From Eledone cirrhosa (Eukaryota): a DNA stretch of 64,000 nt. Position 1 is the first letter of the stretch. Each line of letters begins with the position of its first letter. The position numbers and the translations under genes are program-made. This document shows positions 55,329 to 64,000 of this stretch, piece after piece. The stretch is taken from NCBI GenBank assembly GCA_964016885.1, contig OZ024752.1:15996001-16060000 (forward strand). Reading direction: 5' to 3'. Under the pieces are notes generated by a model, which was given only the letters and a program-made list of their open reading frames with translations, ran no database searches and had not been told where the DNA came from.

Positions 55329-56291
55329 ACTAGACATGAAAAATGCGCAAGCTCAAAAGTGCCACAGAATGTTATAATAAACCTTCAAAAGTGTGGGACT
55401 AGAGTTGTTGCTAAAAAATATTGTAATCATTATATATCGTACATTCTGTGGCATCCTTTATAAAAATAGCTTAAACCAACGAAGCCTTTATTTTTACGCT
55501 ATTTCACTTAGTTAATTCTTAGAGTGTAACATATAAAAATAAATACATCTATGTTTAATGTAATAACAGCTATAAATAATTACGTAATATTATTATCATA
55601 TACTCATAGTAACAAAATAATTGTGTTGAAACTTAATATGATGCTTATATGAACGATCAAATCTATAATGATAATTTCTTAAATATACTAATAGTAAAAT
55701 AATTTAGTTATCTATTGTTACATTTTCATAGAACTATAATATTAACAATCGTATTGCATTATCAAATTTTTATCACTACAAACTTTCATATTGGAATTAC
55801 CTTAAGCCACTTATTATTACTTCGCTTTCGTACTTTTACAGCTGTAGATATTGCGCTGTATCTTATATCTAATATCAATATCTCGTGGTAATTTGCATGA
55901 AGTGTAAAATAGGTTTATTAATAACTTTAATATGAAATGTATTATACAGGGCTGCGGAGTCGGCCAAAAATTGACTGGCTCCAACTCAGGATCCGATACT
56001 CCATTATTTCCTAAATTTCAGCTCCGCAGCTCTGTTATTATATTAATTAATTTATTTTATAGTTGTAAATGATATTTTTATTTTTATATGTTACACTCTA
56101 AGAATTAACTAAGTGAAATAGCGTAAAAATAAAGGCTTCGTTGGTTTAAGCTATTTTTATAAAGGATGCCACAGATTGTACGATATATAATGATTACAAT
56201 ATTTTTTAGCAACAACTCTAGTCCCACACTTTTGAAGGTTTATTATAACATTCTGTGGCACTTTTGAGCTTGCGCATTTTTCATGTCTAGT
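55329..56291. mobile_element. ~215-bp near-perfect inverted repeats (55329-55543 and 56077-56291) around a ~530-bp spacer
   Basis: actagacatgaaaaatgcgcaagctc... pairs with ...gagcttgcgcatttttcatgtctagt. One mismatch seen. Confidence 0.85.
55947..56034. mobile_element. 88-bp hAT-like MITE
   Basis: TIRs cagggctgcggag / ctccgcagctctg. The 8-bp flanks gtattata / ttattata match at 7 of 8 positions, as for a target-site duplication. Confidence 0.65.
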
Positions 56292-56337
56292 AATATATGT
56301 CTGTATGTCTGGCTGTCTGTATTACGACATTATGACG

Positions 56338-56376
<39 letters not shown>

Positions 56377-56377
56377 G

Positions 56378-56440
<63 letters not shown>

Positions 56441-56559
56441 TGTGTGTAACGCTTTTCGAAATATTTACTTCTGCGTTTACAGATTGATTTTTTTAGTTTC
56501 AGAAGATCCCGTTGAGTGTGAAAGCAGCGATTCTTTGCTTAAACTTTAATCTGTTATTT

Positions 56560-56640
<81 letters not shown>

Positions 56641-56646
<6 letters not shown>

Positions 56647-56902
56647 TATATTCGTGTACAGATATTTTTGCATACACAATAAGAAAATAGAAATAAAAGT
56701 ATTTATTCCGCGATTAAGTATTTATTTTCTCCGCACGGAAAAAAACCCTGGTAATCTACGACGAATTTTTTTTATAAGCACAAAATGTAGACATCATCCC
56801 GAGGCCGAGCTATTTCGTACTTCTCTGTACTGTTTCAGAAAGGAGGGATAAACATGCCAATCTATGTTTAGAATCCCGAGCAACGGCGGGCCATTCTGCT
56901 AG
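56641..56902 (+). mobile_element. Non-autonomous Helitron-like element
   Basis: Ends atcccgagcaacggcgggccattctgCTAGt. Confidence 0.65.
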
Positions 56903-57019
56903 TATTTAACTAAAATAATTAAAATGAACATGGTGACCTTTAAGGGGGATTTTTTGACTGAAATAGAAAGTGACGTTCGAACGATTATCCTCCACCTCCA
57001 ACTAATTTGCCCTCCGCCA

Positions 57020-57190
57020 CTTGTTCCAAGCTTACTGGAGAGAGAATATATTGCCCCGGGGGACAGCCACTGGAACAGCCACTCCACGTTGCGGGGGTCG
57101 ACCTGCGAGTGGCCAACTCCGCTCCGATAACAGTGAGTAAGGATGTGGTCCAGGGGTCGAGAACGCCAGAAGTCTTATTACGCAGTTGTG
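57020..57190 (-). pseudogene. Decayed C-terminus of a CRE-like (restriction-like endonuclease) non-LTR retrotransposon
   Basis: Across frameshifts: KTSGVLDPWTTSLLTVIGAELA / VDPRNVEWLFQWLS / AVPRGNIFSL. Compare the CRE pattern ETxGxxGxx...GDPRxxxxLxQRLSxAxxRGNAxx. Confidence 0.6.
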
Positions 57191-58199
57191 TATGTTGTGT
57201 AGATCTGAATTTTGATAGTTCTTAATTCAGTGAAAATGTTTAGGGTTAACCTGAATATATGGATGTATTTTAACACCTCCTGTTTGTAAACATGTCGTAT
57301 TCACTACTGTTAATCATATGTGAAAACAGAATCAATTGGTATCCCATTCTTCATACAGGATCAAATGTGAGCTAAGCATGGCTAACTGGTTAAGGAGTTC
57401 GATTCGCAATCCTTAAGCTTTGTGATTGGCCTGTGCCTTGTCATTGAAATTGGGTACATGGGAACAGTTTGGAAGCTGATCCGATAGGCAGTACCTTTAA
57501 TTGGAAGGGCCAGGTTTGTTATGCTAAATCCCCGTAAGAACTACATTAACGATCACGCGTGTCTGTTGGGACCGGATTAGTGTACTAGTCAAACAGGAAC
57601 TGACGAAGGTTGTCTTATACAAGAGGTGGTTTCATAAAAGTGAAACATTACAGCTGTATCGGTGAATCTCAACAAAGAGCTACACGAAAATTCAGAACAC
57701 ATATATATTAAATTATATTACATAAGCAGCCCAGCTGAAGCAGGATTTAGAAAAATAATTCTAGATACCTGGAACGATATTGGTGAGACAGGAGATCTCC
57801 ATAGAAAGTAATGAATACTTATTAAAACAGAAGCTGCGACAGATAAGGAAGTGCCAGCTAATGATAAAATACTTTGGTTGAAAAGATGAATAGAAAGCAG
57901 CCAAAAAGCTTGAGATGAGAACTGAGAGTTGAAGCAAAGCGGTTTGTTCCAGAATAATCAGAAGAGATTGTTGGAGAAACTGGAGGGAGGAGAACTACAC
58001 AAACGTGAAGTACCAGGAGCACAGCGAAGCAAAGATCTTGTAAAGGCAGAGGTGGATAGATGAAGTAGAAAAAGAACTGAAACAGTAAAACAGCAGATTG
58101 ATATAATAAAACCTCCAGAGTCCATTAGAAAACAAAGTGCAACACTACCTAATTAGAAGGAGGAAGAACGTTGAAATACTGAGACAAGGGCTGATAGTC

Positions 58200-59330
58200 C
58201 TGTTAAATGCAAGACTCCATAACTGAAGTATCCCGAATAGGATTACTAATGGTAGAACAAACCTGATAATTTATAATTAACAGAAAGAATCTGATATTTC
58301 AAATTACAGAGCAGTAATTTGGCTTTCTCTACTATGGAAACTTTCTATAATTTTTTTGCAGAGGTTTTCTATGCTCACGTAAAGGAACAGAACTAATGAA
58401 GAGAAAGGATGCTGAGAAACTTCAAGAGCATCAAATACCACCTATTAATTAACAACATTACAAAATAAAAAAAAACTTGGTTAGCAACAAATACCACCTA
58501 ACAATTGTCAACATTACAATAAGTAACTGCAAAATAAGAAAAACTGGATTAGAAATTGTGTGGATCGGTTTCAAGAAAGTATAAAATATGGTCCTCAAAT
58601 TTGGGATTTTGAAGACACTCACGTTATTCTGAAATAACTGAAAAATTTAAGCCTGATGGGGTGGAGAACATATTTAACAATAGGGGGAATCTCACTTGAC
58701 AGAATGAAAATAGAACGGGCGGGAGGGAATAGTGTATTGTTTGTCATTGCTCTCACTCCAGTTTCTACAAAATTGGGGAAAACAAAAGCTGGATATGATT
58801 TAGGAAACATTGAAAGAATGTCTAACGTTTGCCGTTCATGGATAACCTAAGATTTTACGGCAAGGATAAGAAAGAACTGGAAACACTTATAAGCTCATCG
58901 AGAGTATTTAGTAATAACATAAAAATGAAGTTTGGCATTTCCAAATGTAAACTTCTTGTGATGAAGATAGGTGAATACAATAAAAGTGAGAGGATCAATT
59001 TATCAAACGAAGAGAAGATTCTATATATTGCTACAGATGATGGATATGAATATATGAGAGTTTGGAAGCTGTTGGTATCAAACATCGGCTAATGAAAATA
59101 AAATCAGGAATGGTTATCTACAAAATTTAAAGACATTGAAATCCAAACTCAATGGTATAAACACTATCGGCACCATGGGATCAAGAGCAGTATCCACCAT
59201 TATATATAACACAAGAAGATAATTTAGACGAAAGAAGAAATTTGCTAAAAAGGAAAGATAACAAAAATTAATAGAAATGGGCTCCCTCAATAGTGAGATG
59301 TTCGATGATGACTCTTTGAGAAAAAAAACA
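58200..59330 (+). pseudogene. Heavily decayed Dong/R4-clade RT fragment
   Basis: IVWIGFKK; LFVIALTPVSTKL; FMDNLRFYGKDKKELETLISSSRVFSNNIKMKFGISKC...GYEY, compared with R4 FMDDLKLY...FSxDIxMxFGxxKC. Confidence 0.8.
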
Positions 59331-59599
59331 CAAAACCATGGTGGCATGATATCTAGGGTAAGCGCCATGTCCCATCTGGTCTCCTCCAATCTACAAGCTC
59401 ACACTCAGAGCGGAGCCATTCACTCGAGCCATGCTCACCTCTCTCACCCACCTTTGAACAAATTGCTTTGAAGGCAGCACTTTCTTATCCATCCAGATTT
59501 TTCTCTTCAAACGAAACCTAAGTGCTCACCTTCAAGCCTTTCAAGCGAGTCCACCATAAAACCTCTGTTATGTTGGAAGGCGGCGGGACAATCCTTAAT

Positions 59600-60111
59600 A
59601 ATAATTGTTCATGATTTAGGCACAAGTCCAACAATTTTGTGTTTTTTTTGGGGGGTGGGGGGGGCAAAGTCGATCAAATCGACCCCAGTGCGTTACTGTA
59701 CTTTATTTTTTCGACCTCGTAAGGATGAAAGGCAAAGTTAACTTCGGCAGGTTTTGAATTCAGAACGTAAAGGGATGTAACTGTGTACCGCAAAGCATGT
59801 TGTTCAACGCTCTACCGATTCTACCATTACCCCAATGACAGGAAGAAACTCCGACAAGAAATGGAAACAAAACTGAAGAGGAAAAAGGCATCATTGATGA
59901 TGATGAAAATAATAATAATAATAATTGTGTCTACTTTTGGCACAGAGCCAACAATTACTCAGTGCATTACTGGTAATTTATATTATCGACCCCGTAAGGA
60001 TGAAAGGCAAAGTTAACCTCGTCGGGATTAGAACTCAGAAGGACAAGGGCCGTAACTCTATGTGTCAAAGCATGGCGTCCGATCCTCTACCGATACTGCC
60101 AATCGACCTCC

Positions 60112-60168
<57 letters not shown>

Positions 60169-60260
60169 TGTTTCTACTTTTGGCACAAGGCCAGCAAATT
60201 ATCCAGTACATTACTGGTACTTTATTTTATCGACCCCGTAAGGATGAAAGGTAAAGTTGA
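59600..60260 (-). mobile_element. Three SINE family 1 copies separated by (AAT)n
   Basis: Diagnostic cores at about 59700, 59980 and 60220. Confidence 0.85.
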
Positions 60261-60721
60261 TAATAATAATAATATGAATTTGAATAAAATATTTATATTA
60301 CATTAGATCATTTCTTAATTCAATTTAAAGTAATTAACCATCACAATAAAGTAATTTTTTAAATTTTATGCGTTAATTTTTACTGGGAGAAATCTCAAAC
60401 CAATTTACTTCTATATCTGTCATTGAGAATCAACTTCGTTCTCCATTTAATCCTGATCATCAAGATAAGCAAGTTCAATTTAAGCAATTTTCTTAAATAT
60501 GATGCTTTATAATTTTACAATCAGAATCTTAATTCCTATTCTATATTGTAAATACTATTGGAAGAAATTCCTTCTTGATATTCATATTATTTCAATCTCA
60601 CACTGCGTAAAAATATGTAAAAAGATCAAATTTAATTAGATTTGTCTCTCGATAGCAGTGAATGAAATTATTTCTTTTCCGCACGCTGTTTTATAAAACG
60701 TTTTCAATAATACATACATGC

Positions 60722-60752
<31 letters not shown>

Positions 60753-60826
60753 AGTACATACATACATACATACATACATACATACATACATACATACATA
60801 CATACATACATACATACATACATACA

Positions 60827-61436
60827 TGGTGGCTGCCAACTCGTTTTCAAGTACGGCCACTACTTTATATCAATGTAGGAGAACCCCTACCGATGCGCTG
60901 GACGAGTGTGACTTTTTGGTCCAGCCAGCGACTTGAAAACTCTGGTACAAACGCTACACTTGTGACAATTATTGACACCGAGTGCTGGGACCATGGTACC
61001 ATGTGACGACAAGTGCAGAGAGATCTCCAGATATAAAGAAATGCCTGTGCCGTGAAGCTTTTATAGTGAGCAAAGGCACTGCACAAAGCCAGTCCCACTC
61101 TCTTAACCAAGATGATATTTACCAAAAAGAAGAACAAGTCAACATCATTGGATACCATCAGGGTTGCAGGTGGTATATCAGAGTTTTCCTTCTCCTAGAA
61201 TTCTGCCTTGACAAAGGCTAAGGGGTCATCTCTCTCGGTGATTTTGGATGGCCATTGACTCTTAAGAGCTCCTTTTCCCTTTGACAGATTTTGTTTTTAG
61301 TTCTGCAGGATGTCCAAAGTCACCCTCCTCACCAAGAAACATTGGTGGGGTTGCCAGTTTCGTCGCCAACGACCCGACCATGAGACAGGTTGTACTGGGA
61401 TACATGTTACCAGTAGCACCAACTGGTGACCTGACA
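60827..61436 (-). mobile_element. ~610-bp internally deleted RTE-type non-autonomous element flanked by (CATA)n
   Basis: The 5' part has ggagaaggaaaactctga (RTE 5' UTR-like, from recall). The 3' part encodes a C2H2 finger and runs into (TATG)n. Confidence 0.65.
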
Positions 61437-61524
61437 TACATACATATATACATAAATGGCTTCATACATGCATACATACATATGCATGAATACATACATG
61501 CATAAAAACACACACACACACATG

Positions 61525-61588
<64 letters not shown>

Positions 61589-61772
61589 GTAATAATAATA
61601 TATTTGAAGACTAAAATCAAAAGAGGGCTCGATAAGGATAAATATATATCAAATATATAAGAAACTCAGAAGATCCTGAGTTTCAGAAGATCCCGTTAAG
61701 GGTGAAAGCAGTGATTCTTTGCTTAAACTTTAATCTGTTATTTTAATAAATATATATATATATATATATATA

Positions 61773-62294
61773 TAAAAACAAATAACGAAACGAAATTAAA
61801 TAACTCACTTTTGTATGACTGACGCTTAAACAATTAAGTTAAAAATGTACATCCACATATGTATACTGAAATACTAGTATGCATATGAATACACACACGT
61901 ATACATATGTATATGTACCAAGTTTTTCACTGGTCACTTTACCGTGAGTGTCCAGCTATTCTGTATGTAAACACACAGACAAACCGGTTTTTAGAGTCAT
62001 ACTGGTTTTTGAGGAAACACCTTTCCTCTATTCTCCGGAAAGCCAGACAAGGAATATTGAACTAGTTTCGTTGTTGTTACAACTCATCAGCAATATTTAC
62101 CTATCTACCGGCCTTTCTGGAGAATCGTAAAAGCACATATCGTTATATGCTTTTTCTATGAAAATTAGTAGTGGGCAGACTAATTTGCATAGAGTGTGAG
62201 TACGTACCGGTTCAACGGAGACGATAAAAACAAATAACGAAACGAAATTAAATTTCGTTTCGTTTGTAACTCACTTTTGTATGACTGACGCTTA

Positions 62295-62299
<5 letters not shown>
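61773..62299 (-). mobile_element. Retrozyme-like element: ~452-bp unit plus ~60-75 bp terminal direct repeat, in (TA)n
   Basis: 61773-61833 is repeated at 62225-62299, the second copy with a 14-nt insertion. Contains a hammerhead. Confidence 0.8.
62053..62097 (-). ncRNA. Minimal type I hammerhead ribozyme, fully canonical core
   Basis: aatattg-CTGATGA-gttgt aaca acaac-GAAA-ctag-TT-caatatt. All stems pair perfectly and G10.1-C11.1 is present. Confidence 0.9.
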
Positions 62300-62340
<41 letters not shown>

Positions 62341-62347
<7 letters not shown>

Positions 62348-63132
62348 CACTTATTTTCTAATGTTTGTTGGGTGAGTTGGAATTTGGCCGGAGTATCGCT
62401 AAAAAGCTTTCTCCGATATTGTATTTATTTACTTACTCTTGGCGCAGCAGATTTGAAAAAAATTCCCGGTATAAGGTTAGCATTTCTTTGTTTATTTTTT
62501 ATATATGAATAGTGATTGTTTCTTATATCTCATTCTGTTATTTTGCCCGAGAAAATATGTGTGTGTCATCAAATGTTGTACACACATAGATATTTTTTCA
62601 ATTTCCAATTGAGTTCTTAGCACGTGGCCTGAATTCCTTTCAGAGTTCATTGTCACGCGCATGTATTGTTTTTTGGGCGGTAATTCACTTCCTCATTTTT
62701 TTAATCAGTTCGAGCACCTCTTTCAGAACTGCTGGACTGGCAACCTGACAGATACCTCAGGCAGAGAAAGTGATTATCGCTAAATGCTGATGTTGGTTAG
62801 ATTATCAATATTAGTATTATTGGGGCACCCACTGATGAATTATAGGATCCCACTCGAATATATATCTATTGATGGTATACAAGCTCCTACATAAATTGGT
62901 ATAATTTCACCCAAATTGTAGGAATCCTATAATGAAACGAGACGTCCGTCTGGGAAGAGATATATTAGATATGTCTCATTTGAAATAATACAGCCAATTT
63001 TCCACGCAATACTTTTAGTTAGCACCCCGAACACATAATTGGGAATATAATCACTTATTTCCTAATGTTTGTTGAGTGAGTTAGAATTTGGCCGGAGTAT
63101 CGCTAAAGTGCTTTCTCCGATATTGTATTTAT
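62341..63132 (+). mobile_element. Retrozyme-like element: 704-bp unit plus 88-bp terminal direct repeat, in (TA)n (family R)
   Basis: 62341-62428 is repeated at 63045-63132. Homologous to 30233-31076. Confidence 0.82.
62828..62954 (+). ncRNA. Type I hammerhead ribozyme with a structured stem II insertion and a GUC site (family R)
   Basis: ccca-CTGATGA-attataggat...atcctataat-GAAA-cgagacgtccg-TC-tggg. Stem II is a perfect 10 bp. Confidence 0.83.
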
Positions 63133-63219
63133 ATATATATATATATATATATAAAATATTAAAAAAATAATGAATAAAACAATGAAACAGTTCCTTATAT
63201 TAAACAAAAAAAGTTCATT

Positions 63220-63363
63220 ATTTAACGATCGTTTCTAGGATATATATGTGTTAGAATTGGCATGCATATTCAACAGATCTATGTACAAAATTATACAAAA
63301 TTATACAAACTATCAAGATTAAATATACATACCAAACACACATATATGCCGTCTTCAGGAAGG
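63220..63363 (-). ncRNA. Hammerhead-like motif with stem I lost
   Basis: CTGAAGA-cggc atatatgtgt...acacatatat atccta-GAAA-cgatcg-TT. Confidence 0.4.
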
Positions 63364-63398
63364 ATTGGACACTACCGTAAACTCTTGGTAGATTTATC

Positions 63399-63437
<39 letters not shown>

Positions 63438-63790
63438 CGTTTTTGAATTTGTTTTGCGAGATTTCTTTCTTATATGGCAGCATATACATATATATATTCA
63501 TACATCTATACATGCAGACATTCATTCCTAGATATATTGATGTATACGGTAAATGCATGCAAAACTTCCTTTACAGGAACACAAGTGCAGCATATAAGTA
63601 TATATGTCCACTATACTTGAACATGCAACAGATACAATATGTGTGTTGCATGTTTTGTAGCTAATACCTTCCTACACAGAGATATATGTGTATGTTATTC
63701 TGCTTCACATATGGAAGTATACACATGGAAAACATTTACTTCTGTGTGTGTGATAGAGTGAGAGACAGAGCCTCTGTGTATGTGTGTGTT

Positions 63791-63825
<35 letters not shown>

Positions 63826-63917
63826 TAAATATATTTAGATGTATTCATGTGTATATGTATGTACGTATATATATTTATATATATATATTTTTTTATATAT
63901 ATATATATATAATATAT

Positions 63918-64000
63918 TAATTGTTTCTACTTTAGGCACAAGGCCAGCAATTACCCAGTGCATTACTGGTACTTTATTTTATCGACCCCGTAAGGATGAA
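63918..64000 (-). mobile_element. SINE family 1 3' part, cut by the window edge
   Basis: ggcacaaggccagcaattacccagtgcattactggtactttattttatcgaccccgtaagg. Confidence 0.85.

Overview
AT-rich animal non-coding DNA. The SINE families, very long (TA)n tracts and RTE/R4 LINE relics suggest a coleoid cephalopod such as Octopus; this is an inference. I could not identify any host protein-coding exon, and almost all listed ORFs are microsatellite or satellite artefacts. The window holds a 9.8-kb 25-bp satellite, three or four TE-derived minisatellites, many SINEs, and decayed Dong/R4, RTE, CRE, mariner, Helitron and hAT pieces. The main signal is in the short non-coding islands embedded in (TA)n. They repeatedly encode type I hammerhead ribozymes (stem I-CUGANGA-stem II-GAAA-short, usually palindromic stem III-UH-stem I'). 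I found 11 well-formed copies with intact cores by eye, plus about 10 weaker or decayed ones. Several lie in 450-750 bp units with terminal direct repeats that are permuted relative to the cleavage site, and others lie in fold-back palindromes. Two diverged units show compensatory base-pair changes. This looks like a diverse population of (TA)n-targeting, Penelope-type non-autonomous ribozyme retroelements (retrozymes), possibly with circular-RNA intermediates. All folding was done by eye and no activity has been tested.
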